DNA of 63,964 nt, the filler included, from Sandaracinaceae bacterium (GTDB lineage: Bacteria; Myxococcota_A; Polyangia; Polyangiales; JADJQN01), in NCBI GenBank assembly GCA_947483975.1. It is 10 parts of 10 records of this genome, joined end to end, with 100 filler letters (N's around TTAATTAATTAA, not from the genome) between each part and the next. Parts side by side here need not be neighbours in the genome. Positions count along the whole stretch, not along the records: positions 6,788 to 13,469 come from CANKOL010000295.1; positions 13,570 to 20,238 come from CANKOL010000296.1; 8 more parts are not named here. One strand, given 5' to 3'. Numbering within the stretch: the stretch's first letter is position 1; each line of letters starts with the position of its first letter. Below the pieces are notes generated by a model. The model was given only the letters and a program-made list of their open reading frames with translations, was not told the DNA's origin and did not search any database. This document shows positions 10,733-20,338 of the stretch, in pieces. Both the position numbers and the translations under genes were made by a program.

Positions 10733-11323
10733 GTGACGGGCACCTACGACTGGAACCCCATGCCGCATCGCCTCGACGTGCGGTGCACCTCGTGTCGCGC
10801 GCTCGCGGGCTTCGAGTTCGCAGAGGCTGTGCGGATCAAGCGCAAGACGGACATCCCGTTCTTCGAGGCGAGCCCGCAGCTCGACTACGAGTTCTTCCCG
10901 GTGCGCGGGTACGACGCCGCGTGGCACGGCGCGCTCTTCTACGCGGGGCTGCACGGCGGGCTCGGCGCGCTCACGGAGCTCCCCGAGGGCTACGCCGCGA
11001 GCGACTGGGCGCACTCGCGCTACCTGATGCGCAGCCAGCCGCTCGGCGCCGGGGCGCTCCTCTGCGCTGCGTGCGGACGCCGCGCGAAGCACCGCCTCCG
11101 CTGGCCCGACGACGCGTGGTTTCAGCTCGCGCACCGCGGGCAAGTGCTCTGGGCGTTTCACCGCGAGAGCGCCGTCGCGCTGCGGGACTTCATCGCGTCG
11201 AGCGAGCGCAAGATCGCGCGGCACAAGTGGTCGTCGATGCTGCTCCACGTCCCCGGGCACTTCCTGACGGCGAAGGCGCGCAAGGACGTCCTCAAGCGGC
11301 TAGAGCGGCTGCTCGAGGGCTGA
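10733..11323 (+). CDS. Hypothetical protein with two CxxC pairs (Zn-ribbon-like)
   Basis: VRCTSC and LCAACG; C-terminal VLWAFHRE...AKARKDVLKRL. Confidence 0.7.
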   Translation: MTGTYDWNPMPHRLDVRCTSCRALAGFEFAEAVRIKRKTDIPFFEASPQLDYEFFPVRGYDAAWHGALFYAGLHGGLGALTELPEGYAASDWAHSRYLMRSQPLGAGALLCAACGRRAKHRLRWPDDAWFQLAHRGQVLWAFHRESAVALRDFIASSERKIARHKWSSMLLHVPGHFLTAKARKDVLKRLERLLEG

Positions 11324-11374
11324 AATCAGCGCCCGAAATCAGCACCTGAAATCGCAAGGCGAGCTCGCGGGCTG

Positions 11375-11413
11375 AAAAACGAAGCCCCCTCTCCCGCGAA
11401 CGGAAGAAGGGGC
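11375..11413 (-). terminator. Rho-independent terminator of metK
   Basis: Minus strand GCCCCTTCTTCCG-TTCG-CGGGAGAGGGGGC hairpin followed by TTCGTTTTT, about 40 nt after the metK stop. Confidence 0.75.
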
Positions 11414-11450
11414 AGCAGACGCGGCGCGCGCGTCGGGGGGGCGCCGAGGG

Positions 11451-12689
11451 CTACTTCTTCGAAGCCTTCGCGACCTTCGCGGCCTTGGCGGGCTTCGCCG
11501 CGACAGGGGCCGTCGCCTTCGGCTTCGACACGAGCAGGCGGTCAGCGAGCTCCGCGGCGCGGTCGGTCTTCTCCCACGAGAACGACTTCTCGGTGCGGCC
11601 GAAGTGCCCGTACGCGGCGGTCGTCTTGTAGATGGGGCGCAGCAGATCGAGCTGCTCGATCAGCGCGCGCGGGCGGAAGTCGAAGAGCTCCTGCACGACG
11701 GCGGCGATCTTCGCGTCGTCGACGACGCCCGTGCCGAAGGTCGTCACGTACACGCCGACCGGCTTCGCGACGCCGATCGCGTACGCGACCTGCACCTCGC
11801 AGCGGCGCGCGAGCTTCGCGGCGACGACGTTCTTCGCGACGTAGCGCGCGAAGTAGCAGGCGGAGCGGTCGACCTTCGACGGGTCCTTGCCGCTGAACGC
11901 GCCGCCGCCGTGACGGCCCATGCCGCCGTAGGTGTCGACGATGATCTTGCGGCCGGTGAGGCCAGCGTCCGCGTACGGCCCGCCGAGCACGAAGCGGCCC
12001 GTCGGGTTCACGTGGAACTTCGTCTTCTTGTCGATCAGGTGCGCGGGGATCGACGGCTTGATGACCGCGTCGATGATCGCTTCCTTGATCGTCGAGTGCT
12101 TGATGCCGTCCGCGTGCTGCGACGAGACGACGATCGCGTCGATGCGCGCGACCTGGAAGTTGTCGCCGTATTCGACGGTGACCTGGGTCTTGCCGTCGGG
12201 GCGGAGGTAGTCGATCTCGCCCTTCTTGCGGACCTCGGTCAGCCGACGCGCGAGCTTGTGCGCGTACTGGATCGGCGCCGGCATCAGCTCCTTCGTCTCG
12301 TCGCAGGCGAAGCCGAACATCAGCCCCTGGTCGCCGGCGCCCTGGTCCTTGTGCAGGCCCGAGCCCTCGTCGACGCCCTGGGCGATGTCGGGCGACTGCT
12401 GCTCGACCGCGGTGAGCACGGCGCAGGTGTTCGCGTCGAAGCCCATCGACGAGTCGACGTAGCCGATCGCGCGGATCGCGTCGCGCGCGATGGTCGAGAG
12501 GTCGATGCGCGCGGTGGTCGTGATCTCGCCGGCGAGGATCACGTAGCCCGTCTTCACCATCGTCTCGCAGGCGACGCGCGCGCGCTTGTCCTGCGCGAGG
12601 ATCGCGTCGAGGACGGCATCGCTCACGTTGTCGCAGATCTTGTCCGGATGACCTTCGGTCACGGACTCGGAGGTGAAGAGGTAGCTCAT
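11451..12689 (-). CDS. metK: S-adenosylmethionine synthetase
   Basis: [58 protein letters not shown]. Confidence 0.99.
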   Translation of the reverse strand: MSYLFTSESVTEGHPDKICDNVSDAVLDAILAQDKRARVACETMVKTGYVILAGEITTTARIDLSTIARDAIRAIGYVDSSMGFDANTCAVLTAVEQQSPDIAQGVDEGSGLHKDQGAGDQGLMFGFACDETKELMPAPIQYAHKLARRLTEVRKKGEIDYLRPDGKTQVTVEYGDNFQVARIDAIVVSSQHADGIKHSTIKEAIIDAVIKPSIPAHLIDKKTKFHVNPTGRFVLGGPYADAGLTGRKIIVDTYGGMGRHGGGAFSGKDPSKVDRSACYFARYVAKNVVAAKLARRCEVQVAYAIGVAKPVGVYVTTFGTGVVDDAKIAAVVQELFDFRPRALIEQLDLLRPIYKTTAAYGHFGRTEKSFSWEKTDRAAELADRLLVSKPKATAPVAAKPAKAAKVAKASKK

Positions 12690-12784
12690 GGATCTCCTTG
12701 TAGAATCTCGTCAGACGGCCGGAGCAGGGTGCTGCGCCGCAGCGAAACGATGGGGCCGCAGCGCGGCCTTTTTTCGAGCGAGGG

Positions 12785-12813
12785 CTTTTAGAAGAGGCAG
12801 CCGCGACTGTCAA
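12785..12813 (-). promoter_or_regulatory. Sigma70-type promoter for metK
   Basis: Minus strand TTGACA (12813-12808), N17, TAAAAG (12790-12785); AAGGAG RBS before the ATG. Confidence 0.7.
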
Positions 12814-12844
12814 ACCGGAGATTGATCCGTCATAACGCCGGACC

Positions 12845-13438
12845 ATGGACGCTCTCGCCACGCTCCTCTCCCGCCGCAGCCACGCCGCCCTCGTCGCGCC
12901 CGCCCCGAGCGCCGCCCAGCTCGAGTCGATGCTGCGCGCCGCGACGACGGTGCCCGACCACGGCTCCCTGCGCCCGTATCGCTTCCTCGTGTCCGAGGGC
13001 GCGGGGCGCGCGCGCTTCGGGGACGCGCTCGCCGCGACGCTCCTCGAGACGCGCCCCGACGCCGCGCCCGAGCACGTCGAGAGCGCGCGCGGCAAGGCGT
13101 TCATGGCGCCGCTGCAGGTGCTGCTGATCGCGTCGCCGCGCGTCGGGCACAAGATCCCCGAGTGGGAGCAGCTCGCGACGGCGGCGTGCACGGGCTACGC
13201 GCTCACGCTCGCGGCGCACGCGCTCGGGCTCGGCGCCATCTGGAAGAGCGCGCCGTTCGATCGCGGCGCGGGGCTGACGGCGCTGCTCGGGCTCGCGCCG
13301 CACGAGCGGCTGCTCGGCTGGATCAACGTCGGGCAGCTGAAGCAGGTGCTCGCGGAGCGCCCCGCGACGGAGCTCGCGCCCCTCGTCGGCGTGCTCGCAG
13401 CGGACGGCGTCACGGCGTATGAGCCGCCCGCCCGCTGA
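12845..13438 (+). CDS. Nitroreductase (YdjA-like)
   Basis: LLSRRS, VPDHGSLRPYRF, KIPEWEQ, AHALGLGAIWKS. Confidence 0.9.
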   Translation: MDALATLLSRRSHAALVAPAPSAAQLESMLRAATTVPDHGSLRPYRFLVSEGAGRARFGDALAATLLETRPDAAPEHVESARGKAFMAPLQVLLIASPRVGHKIPEWEQLATAACTGYALTLAAHALGLGAIWKSAPFDRGAGLTALLGLAPHERLLGWINVGQLKQVLAERPATELAPLVGVLAADGVTAYEPPAR

Positions 13439-13755
13439 GCCCCGTGAGCGCCGCCCGCCCGCGGAGCCCNNNNNNNNNNNNNNNNNNNNNNNNNNNNNNN
13501 NNNNNNNNNNNNNTTAATTAATTAANNNNNNNNNNNNNNNNNNNNNNNNNNNNNNNNNNNNNNNNNNNNCCGGGCGCGCTGCACGCGGCGGTCGTCGTGC
13601 TCGCGCACGTGCCCGAAGAGCGCCGCGCCGCGCTCGTCGTGCCGCCCGCCGGGGCGCGCTCACACCTCGCGCTCGACCCGCGCCTCGGCGCGTTGCTCGT
13701 CGCGCACGCGATCACTCCTCACAAACTCTGAGCACCGGCGTAGACTGCGGCCCTC

Positions 13756-14853
13756 GTGGCCTCGCTGACGCTCTCGCAGATCGAGAAAACCCTCGGCACG
13801 ACGCCGATCCTCCGCGGCATCGACCTCGACGTCACGGACGGCGAGCTCGTCGTGCTCGTCGGCCCGAGCGGCTGCGGCAAGAGCACGCTGCTCCGCACCA
13901 TCGCGGGGCTCGAGCTGCCCGATCGCGGCACCGTGAAGATCGGTGAGCGCGACGTCACGCACCTCGCCCCGCGCGAGCGCGACGTCGCGATGGTCTTTCA
14001 GAGCTACGCGCTCTATCCGCACCTCAGCGTGCGCGAGAACCTCGCCTTCGGGCTGCGCCTGCGCGGCGAGACGAGCGAGGCGATCAGCGCGCGCATCGCC
14101 GACGTCGCGCAGTCGCTCGGGCTCGAGAAGCTGCTCGAGCGCCTGCCGAAGCAGCTCTCCGGCGGGCAGCGGCAGCGCGTCGCGATGGGGCGCGCGATCG
14201 CGCGTCGCCCGTCGCTGTTCCTGTTCGATGAGCCGCTCTCGAACCTCGACGCGGCGCTCCGCGGCGAGGTGCGCGTCGAGATCAAGAAGCTGCACGCGAA
14301 GCTCGGCGCGACGATGGTCTACGTCACGCACGATCAGGTCGAGGCGATGACGCTCGCGGACAAGCTCGTCGTGCTGCGCGCGGGGCGCGTCGAGCAGATC
14401 GGGCCGCCGCTCGAGGTCTACAAGCACCCCGCGTCGCGCTTCGTCGCGTCGTTCCTCGGCACGCCGGGCATGGGCTTTCTCCCGGCGCGCGCGGGCGGCG
14501 GGCGCGTGAAGGCCGAGGGCGTCGACGTCGCGCTGCCCGACGGGCTCGCGGCGCACGAGGGCGACGTCGTCCTCGGCGTGCGCCCGCACGATGTGCGGCT
14601 CCTGCCCAACAAGACCAAGGGCGCGCTGCAGCTGACGGTGGACGTCGTCGAGGCGATGGGCTTCGAGGCGTACGCGCACGGGCACATCGGCGGCAAGCCC
14701 TTCGTCGCGCGCCTCGAGGGCGACGCGCAGACGGGAGTGCGCCCCGGGGACGTCGTCGGCCTCGACGTCGAGGCGGACGGCGTGCACCTCTTCGACCCGA
14801 AGAGCGAGGTCGCGCTGACGGCGCCTCCCGCGCGGACCAAGGGCGCCGCGTGA
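13756..14853 (+). CDS. Sugar ABC transporter ATPase (MalK/UgpC-like)
   Basis: GPSGCGKST, MVFQSYALYPH, LSGGQRQRVAMGRA, DEPLSNLD, YVTHDQVEAM, C-terminal TOBE region. Confidence 0.96.
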   Translation: MASLTLSQIEKTLGTTPILRGIDLDVTDGELVVLVGPSGCGKSTLLRTIAGLELPDRGTVKIGERDVTHLAPRERDVAMVFQSYALYPHLSVRENLAFGLRLRGETSEAISARIADVAQSLGLEKLLERLPKQLSGGQRQRVAMGRAIARRPSLFLFDEPLSNLDAALRGEVRVEIKKLHAKLGATMVYVTHDQVEAMTLADKLVVLRAGRVEQIGPPLEVYKHPASRFVASFLGTPGMGFLPARAGGGRVKAEGVDVALPDGLAAHEGDVVLGVRPHDVRLLPNKTKGALQLTVDVVEAMGFEAYAHGHIGGKPFVARLEGDAQTGVRPGDVVGLDVEADGVHLFDPKSEVALTAPPARTKGAA

Positions 14854-17093
14854 CCGGCTCAGTGCGCCGCCTCGCAGCGCTCTCTGGGCTCGCCGCACTT
14901 TCCCTGTTTGCGCAGCTCTCCGTGTTCTCCGGCGACGGCGCGCCCGTCGCGAAGGCGCAGGACGCGCGGCGCACGGTGCGGGTCTGGCACGCCTACGACG
15001 AAGCCGAGGCGCGCGCGCTCCGCGAGGTCGTGCGCGACTTCGAGCGCTCGCCCGAGGGGCAGCCATACCGCCTCGAGGTGCTGCACGTCGCCTTCGGCGC
15101 GTACGCCGCCAAGCTCGAGTCGGCGATCCCGACGGGCGAGGGGCCGGACGTCTTCATCGACGCGCACGAGCGCATCGTCACCTACGTCGAGCGGCACCTC
15201 GTGCAGCCGTTTGGCGCGCTCAGCGGGCGCGAGCGCTTCGACTTCGACGCCGCGCACCTCGAGGCGCTCACCGTCGCGCGCGCGCTCTACGGTCTGCCGC
15301 TCGCGCTCAAGTGCGGCGCGCTCTACGTCAACGACGCGCTCCTGCCGAACGATCCGGCGACCCTCGAGGAGCTCGAGGCGCTCCGCGCGCACCTGCCCGT
15401 CGGCACCTATCCGCTCGTGTTCGAGGCCGAGAGCGCCTACTGGGACGCGGGCCTCCTGCACGCGTACGGCGGGCGCCTGCTCGACTCGTCGGGGCGCTAC
15501 GCGTTCTTCGGCCCCGCCGCCGAGCGCACGCTCGCGCATCTCCGCCGCCTCGTCGACACCGCCGTCGTGCCCGCAGAGGCGTCGGGCGACCTCGTCAAGA
15601 AGCTCTTCGCCGGTGGGCGTGCGGCGACGGCGATCGGCGGTCCGTGGCTCGCCCCGGATCTGCCGCGCTCCTTGCGCTGGCACGTCGCGCCGCTGCCCCG
15701 CGTGCACGCCGCCGGCGGCGCGCCCCTCGTGCCGTACGTCACGATCGAGGCCGCGCTGATCGCGACGCGCGCGAGAGAGCTCGAGGGCGCGCGGGCGTTC
15801 GCGCGCTTCCTCGCCGGGCCGAAGGGCGCCGCGGTGCGGGCGCGGGTCGCGCGGCAGATCGTCGCCTCGCGCACGGCGGCGCTCGACCCAGAGCTCGTGC
15901 GGGACCCGTTTCTGTCGGCGTTTCGGCGCTCCGCCGAGCATGGCCTGCCGCTCCCGACCAACCCGCGCATGCGCTCGACCTTCGAGCCTGCGCAGCGCGC
16001 GATCCGCAACTACCTCCGCGGCGGCCGCAGCGCGCGGGACGTGCTCGAGCAAGGCGTTCGGCGCTTCGACGACCTCGTCCGCCCGCTCCCCGCAGAGCGC
16101 TCGCCCGCGCCCGCGTTGCTCGTCGTCTCGCTCGGCTTGCTCCTCGCCGTCGCCGTCGCCGTGCGCCGCGCGCGCGACCCGCACTTCCGCCTCGCGGTGA
16201 AGCGCTCGCTCCCCGCCTACGCCTACGTCACGCACGCCGTCATCGCCGTCGGCTTGCTCGTCATCGCGCCCCTCGCCGTCGGCGCCGCGACCTCGCTCTT
16301 CGCCGGGGCGCCCGGCAACCTGCACTACGTCGGGCTCGCGAACTACGTCGACGTGCTGACGGCGCGGGGCGGGGCGCTCCTCGGCACAGGCTCTTTCTGG
16401 CTGGTGCTGCTCGTCACGATCCTCTGGACGGCGGTCAACGTCGCGCTCCATCTGCTGCTCGGCGTCGGCCTGGCGCTCCTCCTCGATCGCCCGACTCTCC
16501 GCTTCCGGGGCATTTACCGCGTCTTGCTCGTGCTCCCGTGGGCGGTGCCGAGCTACGTCACCGCGCTCGCGTGGAAGGGCATGTTTCACAGGCAATTCGG
16601 CGCCGTGAACGCGATGCTCAGCGCGCTCGGCGGCGAGCCGATCAGCTGGTTCGCGCGCTGGTCGACGGCGTTCGCCGCCAACGTCGCGACCAACGTCTGG
16701 CTCGGCTTCCCGTTCATGATGGTCGTCACGCTCGGCGCGCTCGCCGCCATCCCGCAGGACCTCTACGAGGCGGCCGAGGTCGACGGCGCGACGGCTTGGC
16801 AGCGCTTCCGCCTCGTGACGTGGCCGCTGCTCGCGCCGTCCCTCGGCCCGGCGATCGCGATGGGCGCCGTGTGGACCTTCAACATGTTCAACGTCGTCTT
16901 CCTCGTGTCGGGCGGTGAGCCCGATGGCACCACGGACATCCTCGTCAGCGAGGCGTATCGCTGGGCGTTCACGCGCTCGCAGCAGGTCGGCTACGCCGCC
17001 GCGTACGCGGTGCTGATCTTCGGCGTGCTCTGGATCGGCACGCGCGCGCTCGGCCGCGCGACGGCGCCCGACGCAGCGGGGACCAAGTCATGA
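14850..17093 (+). CDS. Fused sugar-binding protein (MalE-like) and ABC permease (MalF-like)
   Basis: Signal peptide, VRVWH...GEGPDVFIDAHE binding domain, then TM region with LPWAVPSYV and the EAA loop DLYEAAEVDGATAWQRF. Confidence 0.9.
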   Translation: MTGSVRRLAALSGLAALSLFAQLSVFSGDGAPVAKAQDARRTVRVWHAYDEAEARALREVVRDFERSPEGQPYRLEVLHVAFGAYAAKLESAIPTGEGPDVFIDAHERIVTYVERHLVQPFGALSGRERFDFDAAHLEALTVARALYGLPLALKCGALYVNDALLPNDPATLEELEALRAHLPVGTYPLVFEAESAYWDAGLLHAYGGRLLDSSGRYAFFGPAAERTLAHLRRLVDTAVVPAEASGDLVKKLFAGGRAATAIGGPWLAPDLPRSLRWHVAPLPRVHAAGGAPLVPYVTIEAALIATRARELEGARAFARFLAGPKGAAVRARVARQIVASRTAALDPELVRDPFLSAFRRSAEHGLPLPTNPRMRSTFEPAQRAIRNYLRGGRSARDVLEQGVRRFDDLVRPLPAERSPAPALLVVSLGLLLAVAVAVRRARDPHFRLAVKRSLPAYAYVTHAVIAVGLLVIAPLAVGAATSLFAGAPGNLHYVGLANYVDVLTARGGALLGTGSFWLVLLVTILWTAVNVALHLLLGVGLALLLDRPTLRFRGIYRVLLVLPWAVPSYVTALAWKGMFHRQFGAVNAMLSALGGEPISWFARWSTAFAANVATNVWLGFPFMMVVTLGALAAIPQDLYEAAEVDGATAWQRFRLVTWPLLAPSLGPAIAMGAVWTFNMFNVVFLVSGGEPDGTTDILVSEAYRWAFTRSQQVGYAAAYAVLIFGVLWIGTRALGRATAPDAAGTKS

Positions 17094-17971
17094 GCGCTCC
17101 TTCGTCTCAGCGCGCGCACGGTCGCGCGCTCCTCGCGGAGCTCGGCGTGCACCTGCTCGTGCTGCTCGCCGTGGTCTTCGCGCTCTATCCGGTGCTCTGG
17201 GTGGTCGCCCTCGCGCTCTCGCCGGGCGACGCGCCCGAGCCGCGCGTGCTGCCGTTCGCGAGCCACCCGTCGCTCGAGCATTTTGCTGCGGTGCTCGGCG
17301 TCGGCGCGGGCTCGGAGGCGGGCGGCGGCTGGCTCTTCGGGCGGCAGCTGCTCAACAGCGTGCTCGTCAGCGCGTCGACGGCCATCGTCGCCGTCGCGCT
17401 CGCGACGCCGGCGGCGTACGCGCTCGCGCGCTTCGACTTCGTCGGCGCGAAGGAGGGCGAGCGCGCGCTCCTCGCGACGCAGATGTTCCCGGGGGTCGCG
17501 GCGAGCATCCCGCTCTACCTGATCCTCGACGCGCTCGGGCTCCTCGACACGCGCACTGGGCTCGTCCTCGTCTACGCGACGACCGCCGTGCCGTTCGCGA
17601 TCTTTCAGCTGCGCGGCGCGTTCGCCGCGATCCCGAAGGACCTCGAGGAGGCGGCGATGGTGGACGGCGCGACGCGCTTCGGCGCGTTCTTGCGCGTGGT
17701 GCTGCCCGTCGTGCGACCGGCGCTGGCGGTGACGGCGCTCTTCGCCTTCATGACGGCGTGGAACGAGTTCGTGCTCGCGGCGACGTTCCTCTCGCGCGAG
17801 GAGACCTTCACGCTGCCCGTCGTCCTGCAGCGCTACGTCGGCGAGTACGACGCGCGCTGGGGCCGGTTCGCGGCGGGCGCGATCCTCGTCTCGCTGCCCG
17901 TGATGGGCCTCTTCTACGCGCTCCAGCGCAACCTCGTGCGCGGGCTCTCGGCCGGCGGCGTCAAGGGCTGA
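17090..17971 (+). CDS. Sugar ABC permease (MalG-like)
   Basis: AAYALARF, QMFP, IPKDLEEAAMVDGA, AWNEF, GLSAGGVKG. Confidence 0.95.
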   Translation: MSAPSSQRAHGRALLAELGVHLLVLLAVVFALYPVLWVVALALSPGDAPEPRVLPFASHPSLEHFAAVLGVGAGSEAGGGWLFGRQLLNSVLVSASTAIVAVALATPAAYALARFDFVGAKEGERALLATQMFPGVAASIPLYLILDALGLLDTRTGLVLVYATTAVPFAIFQLRGAFAAIPKDLEEAAMVDGATRFGAFLRVVLPVVRPALAVTALFAFMTAWNEFVLAATFLSREETFTLPVVLQRYVGEYDARWGRFAAGAILVSLPVMGLFYALQRNLVRGLSAGGVKG

Positions 17972-18031
17972 GCCTTCCGCGTCGAGTGCCGCCTCAGGGC
18001 GCTCGCGTGCTGCCCATTTGCTGAAGCGCCG

Positions 18032-18880
18032 CTACTTGCTGAAGCGCCAGATGGCCGCGTAGACGAGCATCAGCCCGAGCAGCCCGATCAGCGCGGGCCT
18101 GCGATCCTCTTTGCGCAGCCGCCGCGCGGCGGGGTGCACGAGCAAGACGGCGAACGCCATGAACGGCAGCACTGGGATCGGCGTCTCGGTCAGGAGCACG
18201 ACGGCCATCGTCAGCGCGAGCGCGCCGAAGAGGGCCGCCGCCGTGCGCCCGACGTGCAGGCCGTGTCGCCGCGCGACGCCGACGAAGAGCGCCGTCGCGA
18301 TGACGTCGCCCATGCCGAGGAACGGCTCGATCGTCGTCGTGCGCGCGCCGAGCTGCGGCCACGGGAGCGCGACGAGCGAGAGCAGCGTCTCGTTCTCGAC
18401 GATCGCCGCCGTCGGCCCCGCCTGGTTGAACACGCTGAAGGTGTCGACCAGCGTGAAGACCACCGCGACGATCAAGAGGTGCCCAGGGTCCTCGACGCCG
18501 CCCGCGACGACCGAGCCGACGCACGACGCCCCGAGCAAGAGCGCGCAGGTGACGACCGCCGCGCCGGCGACGTTCGAGCCGCGCGAGAGGCCGAGGGCGT
18601 AGACGAGCACGAGCGCCGCGATCGCGAGCAGCACGCCCGCGAGCGCCTTGCGCGGCAGGAGCGGGGCCGCGAGCGCCGTCGTCACCATCGAGGCCGACAC
18701 GGCGGCGAAGCCGATGACGAACGCGAAGAGCGGCGCGACGGGGACGTGCGGCGCGGCGACGGCGGCGAGCACGAGCACCAGCGCGGCGCCGAGGGCCGAG
18801 GCGAACCAGCGGCCGAGCGCGGGCAGGGACGGCGTCCCGATCGGCGGGCGCTCAGTGGCTCTTGCGGGAGCCGTAGGCAA
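18032..18880 (-). CDS. Multi-pass membrane protein; candidate presenilin/SPP-like (GxGD) aspartyl intramembrane protease
   Basis: About nine hydrophobic segments; LVDTFSVFNQAGP, FLGMGD and PIPVLP motifs in presenilin order. TTG start at 18880 is inferred and overlaps the upstream Crp gene. Confidence 0.65.
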   Translation of the reverse strand: MPTAPARATERPPIGTPSLPALGRWFASALGAALVLVLAAVAAPHVPVAPLFAFVIGFAAVSASMVTTALAAPLLPRKALAGVLLAIAALVLVYALGLSRGSNVAGAAVVTCALLLGASCVGSVVAGGVEDPGHLLIVAVVFTLVDTFSVFNQAGPTAAIVENETLLSLVALPWPQLGARTTTIEPFLGMGDVIATALFVGVARRHGLHVGRTAAALFGALALTMAVVLLTETPIPVLPFMAFAVLLVHPAARRLRKEDRRPALIGLLGLMLVYAAIWRFSK

Positions 18881-19565
18881 TGGCCTCGAGCCGCTCGCGG
18901 TCCACGACCTCGATGACGTCGGGGTTGACCCGCAGCGCGCCCTCGCGCTCGAGATACGCGAGCCCGCGCGAGATCTCCTCACGCACCGTCCCGAGCCTGC
19001 CAGCGACCGTCTCCGTCGTCAGGTCGCGGACGAGCGTCGTGCCCTCTTCGCCGCGCGCGACGCGGGCCGCGACGAGCGCGCAGAGGAACGACGCGAGCCG
19101 CGCCGGCACCGTGCGGAGCGAGAGATCGCTGACGAGCGTGAGGATGCGGTCCGAGCGCCGCGCGCGCAGATCGAGCATCGCCTTGAGCACGACGGGGCGT
19201 CGCTCGCCGATCTGCAAGATGGCCTCGTTCGGCACGAGCAGCGCCGTCGCCGTGCGCATCGCGATGGCGCTCGCCGCGTAGGAGCGCCCGTCGAAGCGGA
19301 TCCCCTCGACGATCGGGCGCCCGGGCTTGGCGATGTAGAGGATCTGCTCGCGACCGTCGCGGCCGCCCTTCATCACCTTCACCTCGCCGGTGCGGACGAT
19401 GAACAGGCCCTCCGCGGGCTGCCCCTCGCTGAAGACCGCCGTTCCGCGGGCCGCCTTGCGTACGTCCGTGGCGTCGGCGAGCGCGCGCAGGTCGCTCGCC
19501 TGCAGGTCGGCGAGGACCGAGACGTCTCGGAGAAGCTCCAATGGGGTGCGGGGCGCGATGGCCAT
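18852..19565 (-). CDS. Crp/Fnr-family transcriptional regulator
   Basis: VFSEGQPAEGLFIVRTGEVKV...DGREQIL cNMP-fold domain; HTH LTTETVAGRLGTVREEISRGL. Confidence 0.93.
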   Translation of the reverse strand: MAIAPRTPLELLRDVSVLADLQASDLRALADATDVRKAARGTAVFSEGQPAEGLFIVRTGEVKVMKGGRDGREQILYIAKPGRPIVEGIRFDGRSYAASAIAMRTATALLVPNEAILQIGERRPVVLKAMLDLRARRSDRILTLVSDLSLRTVPARLASFLCALVAARVARGEEGTTLVRDLTTETVAGRLGTVREEISRGLAYLEREGALRVNPDVIEVVDRERLEAIAYGSRKSH

Positions 19566-19660
19566 CGGTCGCGGACACTATCACGTCGCGCGACGACTCC
19601 GTGCGCTTGCTTCGCGTCGTCGGCGCGAGGCCGCCCGGCGACGTTCCTCCGAACTAGCCC

Positions 19661-19688
19661 TTGCAGACCGCCCCGGCGTCCCTATCCT
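19661..19688 (+). promoter_or_regulatory. Possible sigma70 promoter for tmRNA
   Basis: TTGCAG-N16-TATCCT, about 40 nt upstream of the tmRNA 5' end. Confidence 0.4.
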
Positions 19689-19726
19689 GTGCTCGCTCCA
19701 GAAGATCGTCGGTCTCTCCGTACCAA

Positions 19727-20087
19727 GGGGGCGTCACGGTTTCGACGGGGGTTCCAAATCGGTGGTCGCGTGTCGTCGGTCTCGGGAACGACGTAAATCC
19801 TTCCGGGAAACACAAGTGCCAATGATAATGCACTTGCTCTCGCGGCCTGAGTAAGGCTTAGAGAGCCGTCGAACCGGGGAGCCTGCCAGTGCTCCTCGGC
19901 GAGGCGTAATCGAACTGGCTAGCCTCCTCCACTCAACCCGGGAGATGGGCGAAAACATAGGGTCGATAGCGGTCTGGCGAGCCTGTCCGTGGGCGCAAGA
20001 GAACGCGAAATCAAAATACGGAACACACACGTAGAAGCCACCGTGACGGTCTCTCGGACGCGGGTTCGACTCCCGCCGCCTCCACTA
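19727..20087 (+). ncRNA. ssrA: tmRNA (ssrA), tag (A)ANDNALALAA
   Basis: 5' GGGGGCG..GGTTTCGAC; tag ORF gcc aat gat aat gca ctt gct ctc gcg gcc tga at 19818-19850; 3' T-arm GCGGGTTCGACTCCCGC then CGCCTCC-A with the G3:U pair; CCA not fully encoded (CTA). Confidence 0.97.
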
Positions 20088-20338
20088 GTTCTCAGTTGAT
20101 GAGTTGGTTCATTTCCCGCTCCGTGTCGCCAGCGCTGCCGTCCGCGGCGCGGCCCCGACTCAGGGGCCCGTCGGGGCAGGAATCGGGCGCTCGTACCAGG
20201 GCGGCGTCGGGGGGATGTCTCCCGGCGGAACGCCTGGCNNNNNNNNNNNNNNNNNNNNNNNNNNNNNNNNNNNNNNNNNNNNTTAATTAATTAANNNNNN
20301 NNNNNNNNNNNNNNNNNNNNNNNNNNNNNNNNNNNNNN

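Noticed and set aside
11321..11356. Three 13-bp-spaced GAAATC(A)GC repeats
   Set aside because: Short and degenerate, lying between convergent gene ends; no supportable function.
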